Assembly (NCBI RefSeq): GCF_004010195.1
Contig: NC_057719.1
Span: 36,993,417-37,057,416, forward strand
DNA: 64,000 bases
DNA from: Chiloscyllium plagiosum
Lineage: Eukaryota
Reading direction: 5' to 3'
Positions 37,540-50,630 of this stretch are shown piece after piece; position 1 is the first letter of the stretch, and each line of letters starts with the position of its first letter. The notes under the pieces were generated by a model. It worked only from the letters and a program-made list of their open reading frames with translations, made no database searches and had not been told where the DNA came from. Both the position numbers and the translations under genes were made by a program.

Positions 37540-39800
37540 CTGACACATTCTCAATTCTACCACTAACATCAAGCTGAGAGAACAATTTTAGTTCGATGAA
37601 GAGTGTGGGAGGGCATGCCAGGAGCAGTACCAAACATATGTGAAAATGAAATGTTAACCTAATGAAGCTACAACAATACCTATTTTTAAGCCAAAAGCAG
37701 AAGAAATATGCAAAAATAGTTGAAGAAATCTGAAAGCCAATGGAGCAGAACTATTCTTTGGAGTCCTACTGAATATCATTATGAATGGTGCTGGACAAAG
37801 AAACAATTTATGGGGGGAGTAGCCTCCACAGATACCTCCATTCTCAATAACAGAGACACCCAGCATACTGGTGCAAAAACAAGATAGAAATATTTGTTAT
37901 TATTTTCAGCTGGAAGTGCTTAGTCGATGATATATCTCAGCTTCCTCCCAAGGTCCCCAGCATCACAAGTGGCAGTTTTCAGCCAATTTGATTCATTGCA
38001 CATGGTATTAAGAAATAGCTGAAAACAATGGATATTGCAAAGGCTGTGGGCCTGACAACATTTTGCAAAGTACTGCAAATGTTTGCGCCAGACAACCAGT
38101 ATCCCTAGCCTAGATGTTCCAGGACAGCTACAACACTGTCATCTGCTCAATTATATGGAAAATTATTCAGATGCATTCTATCCACTAAAAACAGGACAAA
38201 TCCAAGCCAACTAATTGTCATCCCAATATTCTACGCTTGTTTGACAGCAAAGTTATGGAAGGACGTGTTGACAGAGCTGTCAAGCTGCAATTACCCAGCA
38301 ATAACCTGCTCATTGATGGCAGAGCTTTTCTTCCAAATCTTCATCAGCTCCTGACCTCATTAGAGCCTTGGTCCAAACATGAACAAGAGAGCTGAACTCC
38401 AGAAGTGAGGTGAGAATGAGTGCCCTTGACATCAATGCAATATATGACCATATGTGCCATCAAGGAATGCCATCAACCCCACCAGCCCGTGGCCAAACAC
38501 TATAACTCCTCCTCCCACTCTACTGAGGACATGCAGGTCCTGGGCCTCCTCCATCACCATTCTCTTACCACCTGAAGCCTGGAGGAAGAACGCCTTATCT
38601 TCCGCCTCAGGACCCTCCAACTCCATGGTATCATTGTGGATTTCACCAGTTTCCTCATTTCCCCTCACCCCACCTAACCCCAGTTCCAACCTTCCAGCTC
38701 ATCACTGTCTTCATGACCCATCCATCTGTCCATCTTCCTTCCCACTATCCACTCTATGCTCCCCTCTGACCTACAACCTTTACCCCCACCTCCATCCACC
38801 TACTGCACTCTCAGTTACCCTCTCTTCCAGCCCTACCTCCATCCCATTTATCTCTCCACCCCAGGGGCTCCCAGCTTCATTCCTGATCAAGGACTTTTGC
38901 CCAAAACCTCGATTTTCATGCTCCTGGGATGCTGCCTGGCCTGCTGTGCTTTTCCAACACCACACTCGAGTGCCATCAAGGAACCCTGGCAAAACTTTGG
39001 TCCATGGAAATCAGGGGAAATTCCTACTCGAGTTGAAGTAAAAACAAAGGATGATGACTCAATCATTTCAACCTAGCGCATCTCTGTATGAGTTCCTCAG
39101 GGTAGTGTCCTCACCCTCAACAATCTTCAGCTGCTTCATCAATGACCTTCCCTCAATCATTAGGTCAGAAACAGAGATTTTCACTAATGATTACACATTC
39201 CTGAATTTCCTGAATCTGAACCTGGCCAATAACTAGGTTTAGGCTGAAAGGTGGCAAGTCAATTTTGCACCACACAAGTGCTAAGCAATGACCATCTTTG
39301 TATGAAAGAATCTAACAAGTACCCTCACCCCCTTGATACTCAATGTCATTATCATTGCTCACTCCACTCTCAGCAATGTGTGGGTTACCATTGACCAGAA
39401 ACAGATCTGGACCAGCCATATAAATAACGTGACCACAACAAGCTGGGACTTCTGCAGCAATTAAATTAGCTTTGACTTCAGAAAGCTTATCTGCCACTTG
39501 TGACCACAAAGCCCAAATCAGGAATGTTGGAATACTCTCCACTTGGCTCAGCACCATTAAGGACTGTTCAGACCGCTTGATTGTCACCATTTAACAGTTT
39601 CCATATTCACTGTCCAAAAGAGAGTGGCGGAATTCTGTACTACCTACAGGCTCCTTTAACAGAACTTTCCAAACACATGACCACTATCACCTAGAAGGAC
39701 TAGGGCAGTAAGTGTATTAGAAGATTTTGACAAAGCACACGCTACCGTGACTTGGAAACTTAATACCACTCCTCACTGCCTTGCATCAAATTGCTGTATG
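37540..39800 (+). mobile_element. Decayed LINE RT region with a PLE 3' fragment inserted at 38468-38969
   Basis: IFSCFINDLPSII motif. The PLE insert is flanked by TSD gtgccatcaaggaa (38454-38467, 38970-38983). Confidence 0.75.
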
Positions 39801-40851
39801 TTATATCATTTGGAGAATCTGAATGTACATTTGGCAGACTTTAATGAGGATGTAAGAGGAGAAGGACCTTGGTGTATATGTGCACAAATTATCAAACGTG
39901 GCAGAAGAAATTAAGAAGTTGTTTAAAAGGCAGACAAATTCTATAAACATACAAATTCCTGGAATCCATAAGTATGTCAAAAGTAGTAATCTCCATTGCT
40001 TGCTGCTCTCACATTTATTTTTTTTTAACCCTGACTCCATCACCACATTTCTGTGCTAAATTTCCAATGCTGGTGGTTTCAGAAGTATGCAGCACAACTT
40101 TAATCAAGCTAATTCCTGATAATGAAGGATAGTAAGGGGAAAGCCAAGATTTATCCTTCTTACCACACTAACTGTTGTATTCTGGCAAGTTCATTCATTT
40201 ACAAACACACTGAAGAATTGTTGGTCCTTTAGATAGATGGTTTAAGAGAGTTAAGTGGGTAAAGAGTTAGGGGAATGAGGTAAAAAGCTAAGGGAGTAGA
40301 GTGGCAAATGGCTGGTGTGGCAGGTAGGGAGGGTGTAAGGTGAAAAAGTGGCAAGGTGGATTGCATAGATATTGTTGATATGGCAAAAGGATATGTAAGT
40401 GGCAGGATGTGTAAGGTACAGAGTGAGTGAGTGGGTAGGAGAACTACGGCTAGTGAAGTCAGGTTGGTGCTAGGGATTCAGGTCCGATTAACTGGGGTTT
40501 GTTCAATAGAGGAGGCAGGGGAGTCAGGTCTGGGGCAGGATATTAAGTCCAGGTTGAGTGTAGTTCATAGGGTCACGGTATAGTCAAAGGGGTTAGTGTG
40601 AGTGACTTGGGGAGGGGGAAGAGTGTCAATACACAGGAGAGGGTAGGGAAGGTCATTTTATAGTTAGCCGGGTGTTAGAGTAGATTTTAATTCCTCTCTT
40701 TCCTGGCTAACAGTTCTGGTAAGGAAGACTCTGATTCAGAATTTAGGCTTTGGAGATGCTGAGTTCATTGACAGTTTAAACATCCCAAGCAATTATCACA
40801 TACTCAGTAAATTGGAATGTCTGAGATATTCCGACTAACCAAAGACTAGAA

Positions 40852-40921
40852 AATCTGGAGTGGTGGAATAGCAGTAATATCATATGAATCTGGAGTGGTG
40901 GAATAGCAGTAATATCATATG
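40852..40921 (+). repeat. Perfect 35-bp tandem duplication
   Basis: aatctggagtggtggaatagcagtaatatcatatg at 40852-40886 and 40887-40921. Confidence 0.9.
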
Positions 40922-40930
40922 ACTAGGAAT

Positions 40931-41062
40931 AAATTTGCTATAAATTCTGTGTCTTACAATTGTGTCCTCCACAACCACCTGATGAAGGAGCAGCGCTCCG
41001 AAAACTAATGTGCTTCCAATTAAACCTGTTGGACTATAACTTGGTGTTGCCTGATTTTTAAC
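40931..41062 (+). mobile_element. Penelope terminus of a different family, with a hammerhead motif
   Basis: ctgatga-a-ggagc(agc)gctcc-gaaa at 40979-41003; tail aaacctgttggactataac. Imperfect TSD atcatatgact.g.aat (40914-40930, 41063-41079). Confidence 0.75.
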
Positions 41063-42199
41063 ATCATATGACTTGTAATCAAGAACCCAGGCTATATTGA
41101 TTGGAGACATGGGTTCAAATCCAACCATGCCAGTCGATTGAAATTTGAATGCAGTGCAAAAATGTGGACTAAAATACTAACCTAATGTAACATGCGATCC
41201 CTATGGATTGTCACTTACTAACGTCCCCTAGGGAGGGAAGTTTGAAATTGTTCTTGTTCGGCCAATGTGTGACTTCAGACCATCAGTGGTGCTGTTGACT
41301 CTTAGTTACCCCCCTAGGCATTTAAGGATGGGCAATAAATGATGGTCTAGCCTATGTCTTTTGAATGAATACTTAAAAAATATAGCAAAATCTTTTCAGA
41401 GCTCTGCTTCAGCTTTAACAGGAGTATTGCCTTCAATCCTACACACAACACTTTAGGAAGAATGTGAGTAGACGTAGAATAGATCTATGAGAATGACTCC
41501 AAGAATGAGAGACTTCTCGTACATGCACAGTTTGTGGAAGCTGGGACTCATCTCTTTAAAGAAAAGAGGTTAGGAGGAGATTTGATAGAAATGTTAAATG
41601 TCAAGGTTGGGTAGATTGAGAGAAACTTGCCATTGGTAGAAAGGGTCAAGAGCCAGAGGATACTGATTTAAGGTGACTGGCAATAGAACTATAGTTAACA
41701 TGGGGAAAACCTTTTTTTTTAAACTTAGTGAGTAGTTAGGATCAGGAATGGACCTCCCAAGGGAGAATACTGTGGTGGCGTTTAAAAGGAATTAGATATT
41801 GACCTGACAATTTACAGGAAAAGGCAGGAGAGTGGGACTAGCTGACTTGCTCTTGCAGAGAGCCAGCACAGACATAACAAGTCACAAGGCCCCCTCCATA
41901 CTACAACCATTTTATGATTGATGTAGCTTAACATTACATTTCTAATCTGCTCTAGCTCTCTAGGGCACCACCTAACACTGAATGTCACACCATCCAATGC
42001 AGTGCAGTCAGTAAGAATGTTCTAAATTTCAAAAGATCCTGGAATAGCTAACATGTGTAGTCAGTATAACGATAGCTGTCTCATCTAAAGGTTACCCTTG
42101 GAGTTGGCTACAGGAGTCAATCTCATGTCAGTATTTTAGTAACTGATTTGTGTCACAGTAAACATTGAGTGTACTTTAATGCAAATCTGGAGGCAACAT

Positions 42200-43680
42200 A
42201 AGAATACATATGAATATCGAATCAGAAGCAGGAATAGGTCACTTAGTCCCTTCAAGTTATGTCATAGCTGATCTTATTATTCCGCATTCCTATCTATCTA
42301 CAATCATCTCTCATACAACTCCCCCATCTTACTGAGCAAAAACCGATCTATCTCTGCCTTAAAACAATTCAAATATTTAACTTCAATCGGTGTTTGGAGG
42401 AACAGCATGTCAAAGCCTCACAAAATGTTAAGTGAAAAGATTTCTCCTCATCTCTGTCTAAGATCGTTGAACTTAATTTTTAAAGTGCTCTTTATTTCTA
42501 GAATCTCTCATCCTTTTCCAAGTGCACCATGCCAAAACCTCTCAGGATCTATATGTTTCATTCACTCTTATTCTTCCATCTACTAAACAGAGATAAATCT
42601 AGCCTCTGCCTTTTCCTCATAAGAAAGCCCACTCATTCCAGTCTGGTAAGCCTCTTCTAAACTGCTTCCTATGCTTTACAGCCTTCCTTAAATAGGAAAC
42701 CAATGCTATACATATTAATACAAAGCTGGTCTCAACAAAGCCTTGTATAGCTGAAGCATAGCCTTCCTACTTTTGTACTCAATTCCCTTGAAATAAACAG
42801 CAACATTCTATTAACTTGCCTAATTAACTGAATTAGTACTTGAAGATATCTTTTTTACCATTCTTGCATTAGGACAGCTAAAACCTTCCCGCATCTTAGA
42901 GCTCAGCAATACCTCTCTGTTTGGATAATATGCTTCTTTAGCATTCTTTTTCCCAAAATAGGTTTCATTTTTCTTTATGTTATACTTCATTTCCCACTTG
43001 TTTAGCCCATCAATATCTCTTTGTAGTCCCCTTATTTACTTTTCACAAATTACTTTCCTATAAACCTTTGTTTCATCAGCAAACTTAGCAACCACACTTT
43101 TGGTCCCTTTATGCGAATGAGTTGCGTGCTTTAGAAACTGTTGAGGCCCCAGAACTGATCCCTGTGACACCCCACTGGTCACACCTGGCCAAACAGAAAA
43201 TGAGCTACGTATGCCTATTCTGTATCATATTAGCTAGCCAATTTTCTATCCATGCCAACATGTTACTATCACAATCAGTTTTTATTTTCTGCAATAAACC
43301 TTATTTGGTACCTTATCAAATTCCTTCTGGAATTCATTGTACAGTGCACCCCCTTGATCAACAGTATATATCACTTCTTAAAATAATTCCAATAAGTTGG
43401 TTAAACATGATTTTAATTTCAGAAAAGTGTGTTGACACTGCTTGTTTTCCTAGAACTTGCCAAGTGCCATTCCATAATATGTTAATAATAGGTTCTAACA
43501 TGTTCATTGTGACAGATATTAAACTAACTGGTCTTAAGTTTATTGCTTTCTGTCTTCCTCCCTTTTTGAATAAAGGAGTTAAATTCACTATCATCCAAGA
43601 TAATGGGACTGTTCCTGAATCAAGGGAGCTACATAAAATTAAAACCAATGCATCATCTATCTCACCAGCTAAATTGTTCC
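42200..43680 (-). mobile_element. Decayed CR1 LINE RT region
   Basis: ORF 43358..43705 reads SLDSGTVPLSW..LTPLFKKGGRQKAINLRPVSL. Confidence 0.8.
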
Positions 43681-43779
43681 ATTTTATAACTGCTACAGTT
43701 GTCATAGAACCAGTGGTGATGATTGTAGGGAGTGGTCTCTTTACATATAATTAATGCAGTATTATGGTTGTTGCAAAAA

Positions 43780-45240
43780 GGTCAGAAGTCACACGATATC
43801 AGGTTATAGACCAACAGGTTTATTCAAACTCACAAGCTTTTGGAGTGCTGCCCCTTCATCAACTGAAGTGAAGAAAAGGCATGGAATTTACAGGCAGAGA
43901 GAGATCAATGGGCACAAAGATCAAAAGGTCATATAAATGGCGTGAGTGGAGTGCCAAATAATAAGTACTGCAGATGATCAAAAGTGTCAGACGGTGTGAG
44001 GAAATTGCCAACAGCTTAAAAGTAAGTGAAGGCGATGACCTATAATCCAATTAATTGAGGGCAGAGAGATTATTACAAAAAATTAAAAATAAGGTAGTGT
44101 TCTAGACAAACCAAGTGGCTAGAGTAACATGACAGATATTATTACATGGCCCCTTTATCCTGAAGAAGGGCTTATGCCTGAAACGTCGATTCTCCTGCTC
44201 CTTGGATGCTGCCTGACCTGCTGCGCTTTTCCAGCAACACATTTTCAGCTCATTATTACATGGCGTCCATTCAAAAATGAATGGACACCACACAACAATC
44301 ACTACACAGGAATGTTACCTCACGATTGGGGAACACTTCAATACTCAAGAACATTCAGCCTCTGATCTTCAGGTAAGTGGCCTTCAAGGTGGCTTTCAAG
44401 ATGCACAACAATGCAGAAACTGATAGCCAAGTTCCGTATCCATGAAAATGGTCTCAACCGTGATCATGGGTTCATGATGCACTACATGTAACGCCACCAT
44501 ACTGTTCTATATTTGTAAATCTTCCTTACTCTCCTGTATTAACACCAACATATTGATAACTTGTTATGATGTCTGTACCTTAATCAGTTTGTACAGTTTT
44601 GGATTATTTGTTACTTTGGTTAGACCCTCGGCATGTGACTCTTGTACCTATCATACTATTCCAGTCATTTGGTTTGTCTCCAGCACCACCTCATTTTAAA
44701 TTTTTTGTAATTATCTCTCTGCCTCAATTATTTAGATTATCAGTCATCCCCTTCACTGCAGATGCTGGAAACCAGATTCTGGATTAGTGGTGCTGGAAGA
44801 GCACAGCAGTTCAGGCAGCATCCAAGGAGCTTCGAAGCTCTTTGGATGCTGCCTGAACTGCTGTGCTCTTCCAGCACCACTAATCCAGANNNNNTCGATT
44901 TCGAAGCTCCTTGGATGCTGCCTGAACTGCTGTGCTCTTCCAGCACCACTAATCCCATCCCCTTCAATTACTGTTCAGCTGTTGACACTTCCCTCACACC
45001 ATCTGATACCTTGGATCACCTGAAGTGACTTATTATTCAGCACTCCATTCGCACCATTTGTAAGATCTTTTGATCTCTGTACCCATTGATCTCGTTCTTC
45101 CTATAAATTCTGTGCCTGTGTGCTATTCTTCACTTCACCCTAAAAGCTTGTGATTTCAAATAAACCTGCTGGACTATAACCTGATATCGTGTGACTTCTG
45201 ACCTTGTCCATTCACTCCAACGCTGGCACTTCCACACCAT
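43780..45240. mobile_element. Penelope-like 3' fragment with an inverted terminal repeat, hosting two younger PLE mini-insertions
   Basis: ggtcagaagtcacacgatatcaggttatag (from 43780) is the reverse complement of ~45174-45203. The GIY-YIG C-terminus LIAKFRIHENGLNRDHGF..HY* lies near 44420-44490. Inserts at 44151-44251 (TSD attattacatggc) and 44756-44955 (TSD catccccttca). Confidence 0.8.
44890..44894. other. Assembly gap inside a palindromic insertion
   Basis: nnnnn, with the same arm sequence repeated on both sides. Confidence 0.95.
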
Positions 45241-46177
45241 GGTGGTAAAAAAAGCACAGTACTGTGGTATTAAAGTTCAAATAGAAGCAAGCTAAAACTG
45301 AGAAAACAACAGCTTGTGGCATTTCTACTCACTAAACAGACTGAATTTTCTTCCTGATTTAAATACACATTGATGTGAAAAGACTTGAACTTGTACAATA
45401 GTTATTTTAATAAACTAAATAGACAATAAATTTTTGGAACAATATTTATGTGACTAAAAACTGGTAACATGTTATAAACCATCACTCATTGATGAAACAA
45501 TTGTTGGTAAATTTCACACAAAACCCTGTTTCAGTTATTACACATGAGGCAAAGCATCAGAAAAGAGCCCAGCTTTACCTCACACTGTCCATAATTACAC
45601 TACATTTAGTTTTATAAACCTCTAGCCATGTTTGAGTGCCAAACTTTCAGAATGTCAGTGGTTGTTGTTGAATCAATTATCTGAGCAATTAAGGAAATGT
45701 GAGCATGCCAGCAATGAAATATAAAACTGTATAGAAACCAGTGATGAGTTCCTCTTCAACAATGATATGTGCAAATGGACACAAAACTTCACAACCATCA
45801 GAACTCAGTCTCAATGAGAATACAGAGGTACTCCATAGAAAGAATTTCTCAAATGACTGAACTAAAATGTTATCGTTACTGCTGGGTGCAATCTCTTTAA
45901 TTGTTGATTTTAAGTGGATACAGAGAATAGACATCAGGTATGAGGTCTATCTTTAGAAATAAATTCATTTCTGAAGGATGGCATTAGATTCCCTGAAATA
46001 TCAGTGGAACTGAGCTGTTCACTGAACACTGAATTATAAAGATCTGGTATCTCTCTGTTCCATAATTTCTTATGCACTTTAGTTCAGCAATTAAAATTTT
46101 ATGACAGCAGTTAAAACTAAATGCTCAAAATTAAGTAGTCTTTGTCATAAAACACTTTAAATTACAGTATCAGTTAC

Positions 46178-46189
46178 CTACAGAATATT
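46178..46189 (-). CDS. EVL: Candidate 12-nt microexon (xAA TAT TCT GTA G; likely EYSV) upstream of exon 35064
   Basis: Minus strand reads gtgtttttttctgcag|AATATTCTGTAG|gtaactg. Phase 1-1, no stop, pyrimidine tract with several TGC motifs upstream, in non-repeat sequence. Confidence 0.5.
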   Translation of the reverse strand, partial: NIL

Positions 46190-48398
46190 CTGCAGAAAAA
46201 AACACGGCTGCAGTGGCAGGAACAGGAACAGAAGCAATGGCAGATGTACTCCCCGCTAATCATAGTGTGACCAGGTATGCTTTTCTTACTGTTATCTCCA
46301 CTACACTTAAGATAGCCCATAGCAACTCATACTCCTCATACGTCAATGTAACTTATACCTTGCGATAGAAAATAAGTCTATGGTCCACTGTCAATAATTT
46401 AATAGAAGTTGACAAAATCCAATAGTTTAATTGGCTTAAATTAATCACGAGACACAAAACATTCAATTGGCAAAGCATGGTGGATTGTCATCTGTAGGTA
46501 AGAGCCCACAGGCACAATTTAGATACATGAAAACATTTCTAAATAACAATATTTATTATTAACTTGTAACAAAGCAGATTCCACAAGGAGAGGAGGTAAA
46601 GTTATCAAGCGACATTTATGTAAGAGCAGACATCATCAATCTTTCTGTAAAATGAGCAAGTATTCAGTGAGACAAGATGTCATGCCAGTTTAACTAAATG
46701 GAAGTCACACCACAAAGAATAAAGTTAAAATGATGTTAACAGGCACCAGGTGGCTCTTGTCTCATCAAATTCAGAAATTTCATGCTACTTCCATTAATTC
46801 AAAATACGATGAAATTGAAGCATATAAATTGTTACTCAAACCTATCCCAGCATCATTTGAAAAGCTGTATTATGGTAAGCCTACGCAAACAAATTCTTCT
46901 AACTATATGGAATTGTAGTTAATTGTACCTTTGCATTCTGAATCTTGACAAAAAAATCTAAATAATAGTTAGTATTTGCACATTCACTTCCTCGACTTAT
47001 CCACTGTTTGGAAATTGATGTCAATTTTCAATACTATGGAACAGTGTGAAAATCAGTAACACTGGGAAAGATGGGAAGTGAGGAACAGTTGTTAGTCATT
47101 GGGTAATAGAGCACTTGAGTATTCATACAACCCCTACAGTGTGGAAGCAGACCATTTGGCCCATCAAGTCCACACCGTCCCTTCGAAGAGCATCCCACCC
47201 AGATCCACCTGCCTACCTTATCACTGTAACCCTGCATTTCCCATGGCTAATCCATCTATTCTGCACATCCCTGGACACTATGGGCACTTTAGCATGGTCA
47301 ATTCACCTAATCTGCACATCTCTGGACAGTGGGAGGAAACCGGAGCACCTTAAGGAAACCCATGCAGCCATGGGGAGAATATGCAAATTACACACAGACA
47401 GTCACTTAACAGTCACCTGAGTTCCTGGCACTGTGAGGCAGCCGTGCTAACCACTGAGCCACCGTGCCACATATTTTATTGAAGCTTTTCATTTTGCACT
47501 TATTATGTCAATACATAAGAATATAATTCAGGGAAAGACCAACATGATAAAGAAGTAGCATTAAGTTTCTGAATTTATACAGCACGATAGGAGAGTGCTA
47601 ATTATTATCAGTGTTCTCTGATTGGTACAGATGTTGGTATAAAGAATATACTCATTAATGCTGATTGCTAGGAACAGCAAGGCTTTGTTTAAATTTTAAA
47701 CCAGCCAAGCTGACTCTAATTGGTCAGGGCATGGCCCTGAGAAACGAACTAGCGTCATCTATTTTGTTGAGTTGAAATAAGCATTCTGCATGTACTGCAA
47801 ATAAGCATACTGCATCTATCTGTCTGAAAATACTGTGTATTAATGTATGTAGGTTCCAGTACATGCAAGTGTGTCACACTGCAAGCCTGACAGACTTGTA
47901 AATCACAATAACACACGTGGTATTCACCAGCATTAAGCCAAACAGATATTCTGCCAATCACACAAATGAATAAGATGGTATATGAATTTCAGTGCCTGTG
48001 AAATGCCAGGGATATCGGCTGTGCATCCCAAACACTGGCAGATCATATCAAACTGCTCACAATAAGCAAGGTACTAACCGTACCCAGTAAGCCATGCTGC
48101 AAAGCCTACAATATGGTGTACATCATTGGATGTAATTCAATAATTCCACATTTACTGGATAAGCTTGAGTGTGTGAAGAATTAGGCTGACAATCAATTTA
48201 GGATTGTATGTCTAACTCACAGTATGGCTTTCTTGCATGTACTTGAAGCTGCATATCTTACTAGGAGGAAACTTGCTTCGCAAAAGGGCTATTTTAGGAT
48301 TAATTAAATATTGAATTCTGCTCCCCACTTACCTGTAAACTTTGTAAAGTGTAAGCCTGACAGAGTCTTCTACTGGGGATAAAGAACAATTTATTGAC

Positions 48399-48643
48399 TA
48401 GAGTTAAAAAATGTGGTACTGGAAAAACACAGCAGGCCAGGCATCATCCGAGGAGCAGGAGAATCGATGTTTCGGGCATAAGCCCTTCTTCAGGCATGAA
48501 GTATGGTGTCAGAGGGCTGAAGAAGGGCTTATGCCCGAAACGTCGATTCTCCTGCTCCTCGGATGCTGCCTGGCCTGCTGTGTTTTTCCAACACCACATT
48601 TTTCAACTCTGGTACTCCAGCATCTGCAGTCCTCACTTTCTCC
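48399..48643. mobile_element. Fold-back Penelope-terminus mini-element
   Basis: Near-perfect inverted arms around a ~22-nt loop. TSD caatttattgac (48387-48398, 48644-48655). Hammerhead core at 48517-48544. Confidence 0.88.
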
Positions 48644-50630
48644 CAATTTATTGACCAGAACCTCAGATTGAGAATTATCCCTTAATTAAAAAGGACCCAT
48701 ACAGAGATGTTTTCAGGTTGGCGTACTCCCTCGAATAGCAGGTATTGAAAAATCATTTTTTGCAATGGACTACCCACATTGACAACTTTGCACGATAGAA
48801 GTTTGGTGAAACATCACCTTCAATTTTTTGGATTGGGTACTCTGAGAAATTGTTTTGGAACTTTTCTAATTTCAATTTAAAATGTTGACACACCCTCTTA
48901 ACTGACAGTGAGTCAACACATCATTTCATATCTTCCACTACAAATGCTGGAGCATCACAAATTACTTTACTGAGAGACAAGATCCTTTTAAATTCAACTG
49001 GAAAACCATAGTAAGTCATCTTTGTCACACTCAATTGAACCAAGGAGCTTGACAACCACTTTCCTTTCTAATGCCAGTGGTAAATTTTATAATTTGCCTG
49101 GAGGGCAGCATTGTCAAAATTTGGCTAAAACAAACTTTAAAGGTCCCTGAAAAAGCATAAAGACCTTTGGCAATACAACTGTCCAACACCATATTGAACT
49201 AGGTTGATAAGGGAAGTAGCTTCAGTATCGTATTCTTTGGTATTCTGATATTCTCAATTATCAAGATACTTAGTGCAAATGACATGCTCCTCGTTCAGCA
49301 ATCAATTGGATGGTACACTCTTAGTAACATTTTTGCTTGATTCTTCTCACCCATGCAATGATACCACTGTCCATAAAACTAGCCACTTGCTAGCAAAACA
49401 ATTCCAAAAGATTAATAAAATTCAGATCTATAACCATGTTTTGTTTGAAAAGTATGCATTCCTTTAGTATAAACCTCTGTCTACTCCAATGAATCACTTC
49501 TAGTATATATCAGAAGATTTTCTCTACTTACTAGTTAAGGTAATAGTAGTCCAACTAACCCTCCGATTGTGATCCTGCCGTATTTGCTGTACTGGCATTG
49601 TGTGTGAAAATGTTCCTCTTTGATTTTCAACATTAACAGAATCGATTCTTTAAAAGTGGCTTTCTTTATTCTGTTCTGAGTATCTGTTATCTACAACTGC
49701 ACACAGTTGAAGCAAGGTCCGCAATGCAAGCACTAAAATTAAGAATAGACAGGGAAATCCCAGGCTAGGAAGCTTCCTTCTCTGCACACACACTTCACTC
49801 CCCACGCCACCCACAAGAAATTAGCTTAGAAAGGTTTCATTACAGCTAAGGATCATCAAGCTGCTTGGATATTTTGGAACAGCATCCTTCCAATCAGATC
49901 GTCAGTGACAGCTAAAGCTGACATCAATCCTTAGACCATATATGTATTACACCAGGCAGGCTACAGATAGTAAGAAATTGGAGAAGGGGCTTACAAGTCA
50001 GACTCAGCCTGAAAAGAATCAGCATCACATGTCACCTGTCAGGGTAAAATGCAGCAGAGTTCCAGAGGCAGGTTGTAATGCAGACAAAATGTGTGAAGAA
50101 TCATGGGGGCACTGATAGAATTTAAGTAAAGGTGTAAACAGTTAACCTCCAATTCTGCAAAACAAATCCACGATCAAAGAAACCACTTTTACTATTTTCC
50201 AGAGTGTAAAGTGTAAAATCTTTCAATGGAACATTCTGGCTTTTCTCCCAACTGTATTGGGAGTATGAAAATGTGCAGTGACCACCACCACACCAAAGTG
50301 GAAAGACCACCAGATCATACACCTATCAGGGTGACTAAGTGCTCACCCGGCAGGCTGTTCACTGGATCGATTCCTGGGACAGTGATTCCCTGCTCCAATT
50401 GATGCCAATCAATCAATCAATCAATCCATCAAGGAGTCAATCAGAAGCTGGCAGTCACTGCAAGCCACAGTGACACTTCAGAGACCGAGGCTGCTGGTGA
50501 AACAGCCACCTGGAAGTCCGGGACTAGCTAGTACAATAGGTAACTTCATGGCGGAATGGGGGGAGTCACTAGGTGGCAGATTGGGGGTCAGGGAGGTCAG
50601 AGACAGGGGTGGGGTTTGGCTTTTTATGTC

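Noticed and set aside
44778..44889. Apparent loop-less 56-bp-arm palindrome centred on ttcgaa
   Set aside because: It abuts an N gap, and the arm recurs after the gap with extra sequence (tcgatttcgaagctcc). Most likely a collapsed assembly of an ordinary fold-back copy.
47928..47950. tggcag|AATATCTG...ATGCTG|gtgaat candidate microexon
   Set aside because: 23 nt (frameshifting) with a poor pyrimidine tract.
49560..49696. Exon-like segment with AG and GT boundaries in the post-EVH1 intron (possible INV-like exon)
   Set aside because: Lengths of 131 or 137 nt are not multiples of 3, the phase-1 frame hits TAA, and I see no similarity to the Mena INV peptide.
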